This document shows positions 42,183-54,379 of a stretch of DNA of 64,000 nt, piece by piece. The DNA comes from the human T2T-CHM13v2.0 reference genome, Homo sapiens: NCBI RefSeq assembly GCF_009914755.1, contig NC_060937.1. One strand, given 5' to 3'. Both the position numbers and the translations under genes were made by a program. Below the pieces are notes generated by a model. The model did no database searches. It was not told the DNA's origin and was given only the letters and a program-made list of their open reading frames with translations. Position 1 is the stretch's first letter. Each line of letters starts with the position of its first letter.

Positions 42183-43367
42183 ATGGGTAAGCTTCCACCT
42201 TCCATTCCTCCCTCTTCTCCCTTAGCCTGTGTTCTCAAAAACCTAAAACCTCTTCAACTAACACCTGACCTAAAACCTAAATGCCTTATTTTCTTCTACA
42301 ATGCTGCTTGACCCCAATACAAATTCGACAGTAGTTCCAAATAGCCGGAAAACGGCACTTTCAATTTTTCCATCCTACAAGATCTAAATAATTATTGTCG
42401 TAAAATGGGCAAATGGTCTGAGGTGCCTGACGTCCAGGCATTCTTTTACACATCAGTCCCTTCCTAGTCTCTGTGCCCAGTGCAACTCGTCCCAAATCTT
42501 CCTTCTTTCCCTCCCGCCTGTCCCCTCAGTCCCAACCCCAAGCGTCGCTGAGTCTTTCTAATCTTCCTTTTCTACAGACCCATCTGACCTCTCCCCTCCT
42601 CACCAGCCCAAGCTAGGTCCCAATTCTTCCTCAGCCTCCACTCCTCCACCCTATAATCCTTCTATCACCTCCCCTCCTCACACCTGGTCTGGCTTACAGT
42701 TTCGTTCTGTGACTAGCCCTCCCCCACCTGCCCAGCAATTTATTCTTAAAAAGGTGGCTGGAGCTAAAGGCATAGTCAAGGTTAATGCTCCTTTTTCTTT
42801 ATCCCAAATCAGACAGCGTTTAGGCTTTTTCATCAAATATAAAAACCCAGCCCAGTTCATGGCTCGTTCAGCAGCAACCCTGAGACGCTTTACAGCCCTA
42901 GACCCTAAAAGGTCAAAAGGCCATCTTATTCTCAATATACATTTTATTACCCAATCTGCTCCCGACATTAAATAAAACTCCAAAAATTAAATTCCAGCCC
43001 TCAAACCCCACAACAGGATTTAATTAACCTCGCCTTCAAGGTGTACAATAATAGAAAAAAGTTGCAATTCCTTGCCTCCACTGTGAGACAAACCCCAGCC
43101 ACATCTCCAGCACACAAGAACTTCCAAACGCCTGAACCGCAGTGGCCAGGCGTTCCTCCAGAACCTCCTCCCACAGAAGCTTGCTACAAGTGCCAGAAAT
43201 CTGACCACCAGGCCAAGGAATGCCTGCAGCCCAGGATTCCTCCTAAGCCGTGTCCCATCTGTGCGGGACCCCACTGGAAATTGGACTGTTCAACTCACCT
43301 GGCAGCCACTCCCAGAGCCCCTGGAACTCTGGCCCAAGGCTCTCTGACTGACTCCTTCTCGGCTTAG
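42183..43367 (+). pseudogene. gag: HERV-H gag remnant
   Basis: MGKLPPSIPPSSPLACVLKNL start; two CCHC knuckles CYKCQKSDHQAKEC and CPICAGPHWKLDC; multiple stops and frameshifts. Confidence 0.85.
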
Positions 43368-43399
43368 CAGCTGAAGACTGATGCTCCCCGATTGCCTCG

Positions 43400-44605
43400 G
43401 AAGCCCTGTAGACCATCATGGACGCCAAGCTTTGGGTAACTCTCACAGTGGAAGGTAAGTCCGTCCCCTTCTTAATCAATACGGAGGCTACCCACTCCAC
43501 ATTACCTTCTTTTCAAGGGCCGGTTTCCCTTGCCTCCATAACTGTTGTGGGTATTGACAGCCAGGCTTCTAAACCTCTTAAAACTCCCCAACTCTGGTGC
43601 CAACTTAGACAATACTCTTTTAAGCACTCCTTTTTAGTTATCCCCACCTGCCCAGTTCCCTTATTAGGCTGAGACACTTTAACTAAATTATCTGCTTCCC
43701 TGACTATTCCTGGACTACAGCTGTATCTCATTGCCGCCCTTCTTCCCAATCCAAAGCCTCCTTTGCATCCTCCTCTTATATCCCCCCACCCTAACCCACA
43801 AGTATAAGATACCTCTACTCCCTCCTTGGCGACCGATCATGCACCCCTTACCATCTCATTAAAACCTAATCACCCTTACCCCACTCAACGCCAATATCCC
43901 ATCCCGCAGCATGCTTTCAAAGGATTAAAGCCTGTTATCACGCGCCTGCTACAGCATGGCCTTTTAAAGCCTATAAACTCTCCTTACCATTCCCCCATTT
44001 TACCTGTCCTAAAACCAGACAAGGCTTACAGGTTAGTTCAGGATCTGCGCCTTATCAACCAAATTGTTTTGCCTTTCCACCCTGTGGTGCCAAACCCATA
44101 TGCTCTCCTATCCTCAATACCTCCCTCTACTACCCATTATTCTGTTCTAGATCTCAAACATGCTTTCTTTACTATTCCTTTGCACCCCTCGTCCCAGCCT
44201 CTCTTTGCTTTCACTTAGACTGACCCTGACATCCATTAGGCTCAGCAAATTACCAAGGCTGTACTGCCGCAAAGCTTCACAGACAGCCCCCATTACTTCA
44301 ATCAAGCCCAAATTTCTTCCTCATCTGTTACCTATCTCGGCATAATTCTCATAAAAACACACGTGCTCTCCCTGCCAATAGTGTCCGACTGATCTCTCAA
44401 ACCCCAGCACCTTCTACAAAACAACAACTCCTCTCCTTCTTAGGCATGGTTAGCGTGGTCGGAATTCTTACACAAGAGCCAGGACCACATCCTGTAGCCT
44501 TTCTGTCCAAACAACTTGACCTTACTGTTTTAGCCTAGCCCTCATGTCTGCGTGCAGCGGCTACTGCTGCTTTAATACTTTTAGAGGCCCTCAAAATCAC
44601 AAACT
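43400..44605 (+). pseudogene. pol: HERV-H pro-pol remnant (dead protease, partial RT)
   Basis: Protease motif reads LINTEA instead of DTGA; RT motifs QYPIP, YRLVQDLR, VLDLKHAFF; YxDD region absent; RNase H and integrase absent. Confidence 0.88.
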
Positions 44606-45040
44606 TTATCAGTCCTCCAGGCCCAAGTTGACTCTTTAGCTGCAGTTGTCCTCCAAAACCGCCGAGGCCTTGACTTACTGCTGAAAAAGGAGGACTCTGC
44701 ATATTCTTAAATGAGGAGTGTTGTTTTTACCTAAATCAGTCTGGCCTGGTGTATGACAACATAAAAAAACTCAAGGATAGAGCCCAAAAACTTGCCAACC
44801 AAGAAAGTAATTACGCTGAACCCCCTTGGGCACTCTCTAACTGGATGTCCTGGGCCCTCCCAATTCTTAGTCCTTTAATACCCATTTTTCTCCTCCTTTT
44901 ATTCGGACCTTGTATCTTCCGTTTAGCTTCTCAATTCATCCAAAACCGTATCCAGGTCATCACCAATCATTTTATATGACAAATGTTTCTTCTAACATCC
45001 CCACAATATCACCCCTTACCACAAGACCTCCCTTCAGCTT
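44596..45040 (+). pseudogene. env: HERV-H env transmembrane-subunit remnant
   Basis: SQTLSVLQAQVDSLAAVVLQNRRGLDLL (ISD start), frameshift, then AEKGGL-CIFLNEECC (CX6CC) and hydrophobic anchor LPILSPLIPIFLLLLFGPC; stop at 44977-79. Confidence 0.9.
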
Positions 45041-45200
45041 AATCTCTCCCACTCTAGGTTCCCACGCCGCCCCTAATCCCACTTGAAGCAGCTCTGAGAA
45101 ACATCGCCCATTCTCTCTCCATACCACCCCCCAAAAATTTTCGCCACTCCAACACTTCAACACTATTTTGTTTTGTCTTATTAATATAAGAAGGCAGGAA

Positions 45201-45614
45201 TGTCAGGCCTCTGAGCCCAGGCAAGGCCATCGCATCCCCTGTGACTTGCACGTATACATCCAGATAGCCTGAAGTAACTGAAGATCCACAAAAGAAGTAA
45301 AAACAGCCTTAACTGATGACATTCCACCATTGTGATTTGTTCCTTCCCCACCCTAACTGATCAATGTACTTTGTAATCTCCCCCACCCTTAAGAAGGTAC
45401 TTTGTAGTCTCCCCCACCCTTAAGAAGGTTCTTTGTAATTCTCCCCACCCTTGAGAATGTACTTTGTGAGATCCACCCCTGCCCCTTTGACTGTAACTTT
45501 CCATTACCTTCCCAAATCCTATAAAACGGCCCCACCCCTATCTCCCTTCGCTGACTCTCTTTTCGGACTCAGCCCACCTGCACCCAGGTGAAATAAACAG
45601 CTTTATTGCTCACA
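45201..45614 (+). promoter_or_regulatory. LTR7Y-type U3-R with 31-bp repeats, CCCCACCC motifs, TATA box and poly(A) signal
   Basis: PPT aagaaggcaggaa then TGTCAGGCCTCTGAGCCCAGG; 31-bp unit at 45366/45397/45428; TATAAAA 45520-26; AATAAA 45592-97. Confidence 0.85.
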
Positions 45615-45798
45615 AAAAAAAAAAAAGAAAAATTGAAAAAAAAACATAAATAAAAAGGAATCGAATTTTAATGGGAACGAAACTTTTTCTTTTTTTTTTA
45701 CAAGGAGCAGGGAAGTGTGCTGGAAACGATGGAACCTACATGTCTATCAGTTATCTACAGTTTATAAACCCATGCCAAATAGCTCAAAGACAACAAAC

Positions 45799-46118
45799 TG
45801 TTGTAGGAAAATACAAGTTCTTGTCACACAACTGGGATAATTTAGGCACGTAGATACATTATAGGGTGAGTAGAGTGGGGTTTATTGGGTGAAAAGGAAG
45901 AAAAGGGAAACAGGGACTCTCAGCAAAGTGACAGTCCTGCTAACAGATTTCCCTCCCCACAGATTGAATCCCGGTTACCACCAGAAACAGGCGAGGCCAG
46001 GCTCCTTCCCCCTGCAAAGGGCATAAACTTCTCAAGGCTCTACCCCATCCTCCCAGTGCATAGACCAGTTGAAGATTCTCCAGGGACCTTTCCCCTTATC
46101 TGCCTCCTGCATCCATCA
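45799..46118 (-). mobile_element. MER61-like solo LTR
   Basis: TG..CA ends with 4-bp TSD aaac; reverse complement starts tgatggatgcaggaggcagataagggg. Confidence 0.8.
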
Positions 46119-46801
46119 AAACTAGAGTTGGCTGTAGCACAACCTGGAAGGGTGTGCTATGGATAATACGTTGCTTTCCACTGAAGTATAATTTTTGTTT
46201 TCGAGTAGAGCATGGTAACCATATATAGCATGAGTCACACTATAAATTCCTTTAAACGTCAGCTTTGCAACCACACTATCCCAGAACCCAAAGCACGACT
46301 TCTCATAATTTGGATTTAGAAATAATTAATCATGACAAACTAGGAAAAAAGTTGATATTTAACTCTCACAGGTCCTCAATGCAGTGTAATCTACACACCT
46401 TTGAGAAGAAATGTCTAGTCATGGACTGTCCTTGCTTGCAAGATTGATTTAGCGAAGGCTGTAAAATTTCTCCCAATAAGGCCAATAAAGATATAAAATA
46501 TATTATAATTTTTATTTTCAAAGAAAATGCATTTTTTTCAGTTTTAAGAAAAATATATTGGAAACAAAATTGGAATCTAGTTAAATAAAGTGCTAGGGAG
46601 ATTAAGGAGTTCTTAATGTTACTTCATTTAAATTCTTATATAACTTTCATTGCATTTATTTCACAGTCTTTTATACACTTTTTTGCACATATTTTTATCC
46701 TATTCAATTCAAGACATAGTCCCTCTATAGAACCTAGTACTTTTCCTATAATATATGTAGGCCAAATGATAGAAGATTGAATGAAATTCAATGAAGGGTT
46801 C

Positions 46802-47177
46802 TACTATGGTTTGAATGTTTGTCCTCTTCCAAACTCATGCTTAAATTTAATTGCCACTGTAACAGTATTAAGAGTTGGGACCTTTGAGAAGTGATTAGCC
46901 CATGTAGGTTTAGCTCTTGCAGGTGGGATTAATGCAGGTATAAAAGGGTGAGTTCAGCTCTGTCTCTTCCTCTGTCTCTGTCTCTCTTTCTCTTTTTACC
47001 CTTCTGCCATGTGATGTCTTCAACCATGTTAGATGCAAAATGAAAGCCCTTGCCAGGTACCAGCATCTTGATATTGTGCTTCCCAGTCTTCAGAACTGTG
47101 AGCCAATAGATTTCTGTTCATTATAAATGACTCTGTCTCAGGTGTTCTGTTATAGCAGCACAATACAGACTGAGGCA
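46802..47177 (+). mobile_element. MSTB-like MaLR solo LTR
   Basis: 'ctatggtttgaatgtttgtcc...aaactcatg...cagaactgtgagccaata...ttctgttatagcagcacaa'. Confidence 0.85.
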
Positions 47178-47269
47178 GCTTTTCTATGGTATAAGTGAAT
47201 TACCGTTTCCCAGATATGCTGCTTTTTATTGCCCTAATTTAATTTAAAAAGTCATTTTAGATGGCATTA

Positions 47270-47380
47270 CTATCACTTATTGAACACTGATTATGTGCCA
47301 GGCCTCGTTCCAAGTGTTTAACGTTCATTATCTCATTTAATCTCTGTAACAGCTGTATGGGCTTATTACTCTTATTTTAT
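47270..47380 (-). mobile_element. MIR fragment
   Basis: 'cttattgaacactgattatgtgccagg...cattatctcatttaatctc'. Confidence 0.65.
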
Positions 47381-49556
47381 CAAGATGTGACAGGAGTAAG
47401 TTTCACCATTGTGAAACTTACCAAAATATACACATGCATTTTGTCTTCTGTACCATCGTCATCTTTCTGGGATTAAAGCCTATCCCCACCATCCCCACCT
47501 GTTCCTAACCCATACATCTTGGGCCATTACAAAGAAGGGTATCCACACGGGGCAGTTTGAATGGAGCTCCACAAAGTGTCGGGATGTACCTTCTGCTGGA
47601 TGATCCCAGGTAATTTCAGGCAGCTGTGGAAGGAGAGCCTCACTCCTAAAAAGGAAAAGGACACCTGACTCCTCAGTTCAAATATCATACGGTGGCCATT
47701 CCAATTGCATGTGGCTGCTAGGCACTGGCTTGTCTTCATGGGGCTGGCAGGGGATGGTCAACAAGATTCTTCTCCTTTTGGCCCACTGACCTCCTCCAAA
47801 GACAGATCACCCATCCCATTCTAGCACAACCAACATTCTTCTCATTTCCCTGGGGCAGGGCATAATGAGTCACCATCTCTTGTTTTTCTAATAAATTATT
47901 ATGGTACAAACTTCTTTCTTGATTCTTAAGAGATTTTTTTTTTTAACTAAGCTCTTGTAAATGAAACATCTTAATTTCTGGAACTAGTGGTCTTCAAGGT
48001 CTGTTTAGGATTCAAAAACTATACACCCTTTCTAGTTTGTGCATTTGTAAGAAATGAATTCAAATTCTCCTGAGAACATCTAGAGGTCTTTGAGTTGCAG
48101 GGTGGCAATCATTTTCTATAAAGGGCCAGGTAGTAATATGTTGGGATTTGTAGGCCATACACAGCCTTTGTCACATAGTTGTGTTTTTTGCTTTTAAACA
48201 ACTCATGTTAGAGGGAGAAACGAGTTCAAGGCATTTCTTTGTTTGTCTATTTTGAGTCCAAATCAATTAAGAATTTTATACCTACTGAGAAGTGGGCATC
48301 TGGACTGGTAAGTTTTCTATTTCTTAATTTATGTTTGATCCATGGCTGAAATCATAGTATTTAAGCTATAATAAGCTCTTTCTCAACCACAAAAATATTT
48401 AGACCTATAATTCAAAAAAGCCTTTAAATATCATTGTGTGAGTGTATATTTTCGTACCTCTAAGTGATATTAAATTAGATTATAAAATATCTTAAAGGAG
48501 CTCTATTCTGATTGACTTACAGAGATAAGTGCTTATGTAATTGAATATTCCTAAAATTCCCAGCAATGTTGGAAATTAAAGTTCCAATAATTTCCATGTG
48601 CCACAAAGGGGGCATTCTTAATGAAACTAACACAAGTGTTTTAGGAATTCAAGTTCACATAATTTGGATAAATATTTTGCAAATGAGACTAATTTAATGT
48701 TGTTGGTTTAATAAAAATAGTTATGTCTTCTCTGAGTTAAATGACCTATTTATTCTACTTGGGTATGTTCTTCCTAAACTTATACAGGTGTAATGATTAA
48801 ATAAACTAACATTACTTCTACTAAATGTTTAAGGCTATGAAAGATGCCAATCTGTGTTTAAACAAATTAAATCTTTATTCTAACAAACTTTATTTCAACA
48901 GTAGTTATATTTTGTAGTATGTCAGCTTGAAGATAGTTTCCAAGATCTTTGGGTAACTTAAAATTTTGGACTGATACAAAATGAGTACATTAATGGATAT
49001 TCATTAGATACTTAGGTCATCTCTAAGTAAGATGAAAAACTGAAACATTAATTATCAAGTGTAATTTTAAGTTTATACACTTTTTGTTATTTATGTTTAT
49101 AGAGTATAGAGAATCTCTATATTTGGAGTTTGTTAATGAATATGTTCATTTTTGCCACTTTGAAAACCTGTATTATAAAAGACGTGTATAGATATAGGAT
49201 GATACAGAGAGCTCAAGAAAAGGGAATTTTATTTGTCCTGATCAGTGCTACCTATGGTTTGGTGAGTTATTTCTAAGATTTTCAAAAAAAGGTTTAGTAT
49301 CAAATATTATACTGATGCAAAACTGGAATTCAGTTTCTCTCTTTTAAAAGAATGAGATTATCTCGGATTATTGGTCAAGTCTCAATTATAAAAGTTTATT
49401 TTTTACCTTCTGTGCAATCTGCCTAGATGACAAGGATTTTATGTCCTACAGAATAACTTCCATGGTTTATGTTTACTTTATTTCATTGACTATTTATGAA
49501 AACAAAGACTTCTCACATAGACAAAATCTCAGATTCTTTCCAATAATGTTACCTCC

Positions 49557-50080
49557 TGTATTAGCGACGGATCTTCAGATAAACAGAATCAATAGAATAT
49601 ATAGAGATATATAGAAAGAGATTTATTATAGGGACTGACTCACATAATTATGGAGGCTGAGAAGTTCCACAATATGCTGTCTGCACACTGGAGGCCCAGG
49701 AAAGCCCAATTACCACTTAACAGTTCCAGCCTTAGCTCCAAGACTTGAGAACCAGGGAAGCCAATGGTGTAAGTCCCAGTCCCAGTTTGAGTCCAAAGGC
49801 CACAGAACCGGAAGCTCCAGTCTCCTAGAGCAGGAGAAGATGAATGTTCCAGCCCAAGCAGACAGAAGATTTATCCTTCTTCTACCTTTTCATTCTGTTC
49901 AAACCCTCAACAAATTGTATGATTCCCATCTACATTGGTGTGAGTGATCTTTGCTTCATCTACGAATTCAAAGGCTGATCTCTCCCAGAAATACCCTTAC
50001 AAACACACCTAGACAGAATGTTTTCCCAGCTGTCTATGAATCTCTCAGCTAGTCCAGCTGACACATACAATTAACCATTA
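49557..50080 (-). mobile_element. MLT2B/D-like (ERVL) solo LTR
   Basis: 'tgtattag...aaacagaatcaatagaatatatag...atggaggctgagaagttccac...gacacatacaattaaccat'. Confidence 0.85.
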
Positions 50081-52222
50081 GAGTTCCTATGTTTACTTTT
50101 ATAATTTTTATTGTCACTTTGGTTTAATAGGTAGGTATCCCATGATTGTAGATAGCTAACTATCCTGTGATCTCATCTTAATCAAGTATTCAAATTTTCT
50201 GATAATTTTTTATATTTTGCCTTTCCAAAATCACAACCTAAATCATATCTCTTGCATCTTAAAACTATCTTTGAGATTCCCCAGATAAATCACAAAGGAT
50301 TTGTTTGCTCATCATGTGAAAAGAGAGGTACTAGAAATAATTAGGTTTATTTGAATATTACTATTAATGAGTTGCATGGGAAGAGATGTTAAATGTGAAG
50401 AGATGCTCAGCCTTCCCTAGGTTAAATTTGTATGACTAAATGTTTATGAATATAAGGATTTCAGTAATTATGTGCTGTTTGGGAAGTTCTTAAAGAATTG
50501 CCAGTGCCCTCACCATTGATGATATGTTTCTGTTTATTTGAATCTTGGCACTGCTTTGCCTGTTATTAAACAATGACAGTCTAGTGTTATCAATCATAAT
50601 TTCAGTTATTTTTTAACATGTGACTTGTCACAACTTTACTTCTTTAATTTGAATCTAGCATCTTCAAAGCCCGTGGTTTTCAAATAGAGATTTTTATATT
50701 ACTTACCTGTAGTGTTTTACTAACATACACAGATATTTAAGACCTACTCAGACTTACTGAGTCTCTTTACTTGATATATATTATTGATGTATTCTTACTA
50801 TATTCTTTGCATATTCATGGTCTATTATGTCAGGATTATTATATATCTCAATATTTTTTTCTCTAAGATGATTATGTTCATCTGTTTTCATTAATTAGGT
50901 GTACTATTCATGAAAATAGGTCTAATTATTATGTTTATGAATATTTTATCTAAATCATTTTAAATTGAAATTATTCTCTTATTTTGCATGCCACAGAAAC
51001 AATCAAAAATATTTGTACACTTGCATTATTCTTGTAATGAACTCTTATCAGGTCTTTCACTTTTGGAACTTACCAGTGTGAAGGTAACCACAGCAGTTTT
51101 AAGTCTCTTGTCACCTACAGGTAGTTTTCTGTTTCACTCTGATGTTTCCTTGAAAGTGCAACAAGCTAGAGGCCAGAAAGAGACTTATTTGTCCTGGTCC
51201 AAGTCAGCTATGGTTTGATAATGTTGCTTCATCTTCAACAAAGAAGGATCATCTCAGAGCCTGTGAAAAGGACTATACCAGGTACTTCAAAGTACAGGCT
51301 TCTGGCATCACTTACACAACTTTGAGACCATATCCATGGAATGAATGAGGATTTCCAGAACATAGTTCAGAAATAGATGGGCTCATGAGACTGCTAACCC
51401 AAGATCAAGTGAAACAAGAATTAATTACATAGGACTGATGACCTGATCAGAGATAGCTGTGGGGGTTTTTCTGGAATATTATTGCTATTTTAATGTTCTA
51501 TTTTCTGGATATATAAAGAAGTTCCTTTGCTTTCCTCATAAGCTACCTCGAACTCATAACAATCAAGTAGACTCAGCTTTTATAAACCAAAATGAAACAT
51601 TTGTAGATGATAATATATGTTATTCCATATGACTAACCCCTCCAGAATTTGGAATCTCTTATTTAATATTCTTGTTCAATATAGTTATTTCCACAGATTA
51701 ATTAAGAATCTGTCCTACTTGTTATCAGGACAAAATGAGAAACATTGATTGTGCAACCAAGGCTTTGTCTGGAATGTCATGTTGGAAAATGATGTTCATT
51801 TAATCAAATATGACCAAACACTTTTAAGAAACTAAGGTTGATTTTATGGAGGTAATGCTTTGCAAAGCCCTTTTGGGACTGGCCTGGTATCTGGTTTATA
51901 AGTTCTCAGCCTTACAGGTAGGTAATAATGAAGGTCACTTCTTGGCAGACCCAGGAACTATAGTTTATTTTGTGGACCTCCAGAAGGGAGGATTTATAAG
52001 AACTACAGGTAAGATATAAGAGCAAATTCTTGGCTTGGCTTCCTATCCTCAAGAGGCTTTTCAAAGACTAATCTGAAATTCCTTCTGAAAACATTAATCA
52101 AAGAAACTTAAGAAGGCCTACATGGTAAATTACTATTCTTGCTACGCAATGTAAATAATCAGGCCAAATCTAAGGAGACTAGCCTTATTTTATTATCAAA
52201 AATAATCTTTCTTTGAGATTAT

Positions 52223-52902
52223 TATAAACTGAAAATTTTAAGCCACCCATCTACCAAATGGACTCTCTGTTGGCCAAGAAGACCTGAAAGAAACCTGAAA
52301 AACTGAGTTCCTGCCATAATGGGAAGGGAGGTTGGGCACACCTCAATATACCCCCACCTTTTGGCCTTTAGGCACAACAACTGATGAGCACTAATGTTTA
52401 AATAGAGATTATAAGACAGACAAAACAGACTCTTAGATGCAATAAAGTACCAAATTATAAACTAGACCTAAGGCCATGCCAGACAGGAGTTAATTCACAT
52501 CTGTAGCCATCAGTCTTGCTAAGCAGGTCATATTGTGGCTGATTCTGACATAGCATTTTTATTTTAACTTGAACATTTCATTCTGCTAACTTCAGGATTT
52601 TAGACAACATTTCATTTCTTTAACCAATTGCAGATTAAAGAATCTCTGAATCCACCTATGACTCGTATGCCCCCGCTTCAAGATATGCTACCTCTTCAGG
52701 CCAAACCAATGTATACCCTCCATGTGTTGCTTTACAGCTTTGCCTGCAATTCTTGCCTTCCTGAAATGTATAAAATCAAATTGTAATCTGACCACCTCAG
52801 GTACCCATTCTCAGGAATCTTGAGACTGTATTTCCCTGGACTATAGTTGTTCATATAGGTCCAGGATAAATCTCTTTAAACTGTTTGTTTTTTCCATTAA
52901 CA
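52223..52902 (+). mobile_element. MER4D/E-like solo LTR
   Basis: 'aaacctgaaaaactgagttc...caaaacagactc...gaatctctgaatccacctatgac...aatgtataaaa'; 4-bp TSD ttat. Confidence 0.8.
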
Positions 52903-53934
52903 TTATCTTTGATGGTATGACTTCAGAGAGATGAGAGAAATTTTGTGTTTTGGAAAACTGTGCATAGTCTATAGCATACCATTCTAGGTTATCAGATTCT
53001 TGCCTGGTTCACTGTCTTTGAAGCATGTTGCACATATTTGCACAATTTGTATATTGTAGGTAACTGATGGATATGCAAACTGGCTTGTCTAATGGCTACT
53101 TAATTGACTTCTCCCCACTCTGGAAAAATCAGTTTTGTTATCTATCTGCAAATTATACTGGAACCTGTTACTTGCTCAAAATGTCAACACACACCAGCTT
53201 TTTAATTCTTTTAGTTTCCTTCACTATCTGGCTATAACCCTCTCCACTATCTTTTTCAATTTTTTTCTCTCCTGCCTGACTCAGCACCACTAATAACTAA
53301 AACTCAACTGCCCAGATGATTATCACGGCTCTGGTTTGCCTTGCAATTGGCCATTCCTCCACTCTCCACCCCCCTGCTTCCCACTTTCCACCCCCTGTCT
53401 GAAGAAGATGGCTCGGTATTAACCTTGATGGACTCACCATCACAGCAGATCATGCAAGGGCCAGATTTCTCTTTAGATAAGCCTCTATCTGGGCCACTAG
53501 GGAATTCCTTTGACAGGCTTGAGTCATGCACGTCCTTAAATGAGAGGAAACCAAGACTGTAGATAACTTCACCAACAGCAATGATATTCAAGATATTCAG
53601 CAGGCAGTGCCACATAACCAGAAGACTTTCCTCTACCACATTGGAAATCCACTTGGAATCCAGTGGATTGGTTACCCTCCCATTTACCTTTCACAATATA
53701 TTTTAATTCTTGGCATGTCTCCTTTAAAGGGCCTGATCTCCAGGAACCTAAAACAACTGACCTTTGCCACCACCTTTCGACAGATGGTTCAACTAATTTT
53801 ACAGAACCAATGCCAATGAGAATCTTGGGGAGACAAGTTCTTAGACACCACTTTGCCCCATATAGGAAGTTTATGATCATTTATGAGTTCTTTGTTGACA
53901 AATGATATTTATCCTTTTGAAAAAGAGGGAAGAC

Positions 53935-54295
53935 TGACAATGTTGAAATTTTTCTGAGCAGTGTGTTCCATAAAGCAGAGAAGATTGGGAAAATTGAGAA
54001 ATCTCCCCTATCCCTTTGTATATTGAGAAACCACCAACCAGCAAAGGATCCTTTTGCTGTCCTGCATTCTGAGGTAAGTTCTGCCTCCACCTTTCCTCGG
54101 TGACTTAGCCGAGACCCATTTCCATTCTTCCTCCTGATTCTGATAAGACTTGCTGATGACTCTTTTTTCTGCCTCTATAAAGCTCAAGGCTCCCCTTCCT
54201 TTTCTTCAACAAGTTCCTCATTGAGGAAGTTCTCCCTGTTGCAATAGCCTGAATAAAATCATCACCTAATTGTCATGTGCATTTTATCTTTCACA
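53935..54295 (+). mobile_element. 3' LTR of the MER4-group element (subfamily uncertain)
   Basis: TGACAATG after the PPT, ctataaa, gaataaaa, ends tttcaca. Confidence 0.65.
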
Positions 54296-54379
54296 TTGAA
54301 TACAGAAGGACCATTTCAAACCAAATAAGAGTATCATGATAGAGAACAACAGCACTGCTCATGTGTGAGTCAGAAAGCA

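Larger units (their letters stand above)
41524..45626 (+). mobile_element. HERV-H processed retrocopy (R-U5-PBS-gag-pro-pol//env-PPT-U3-R-polyA), LTR7Y-type
   Basis: No 5' U3 and no 3' U5; poly(A) at 45614-26 just after AATAAA (45592-97); TSD aaatgaaaagttga (41509-22) / aaaagaaaaattga (45623-36); tRNA-His PBS. Confidence 0.93.
48200..53934 (+). mobile_element. Decayed MER4-group ERV1 internal region with env-like 3' end and PPT; interrupted by MLT2 and MER4 LTRs
   Basis: Homologous to the 27.3-31 kb relic; ends with PPT aaaaagagggaagac abutting an LTR. Confidence 0.65.

Noticed and set aside
41693-42311. Pro/Ser-rich 100-aa and 203-aa ORFs with repeats; CRISPR-like periodicity
   Set aside because: Produced by the 64-bp tandem repeat in the HERV-H leader; no unique spacers and a eukaryotic context.
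47527-47739. GC-richer stretch with a 70-aa ORF
   Set aside because: No recognisable protein similarity in the frames I read and no convincing paired splice sites.
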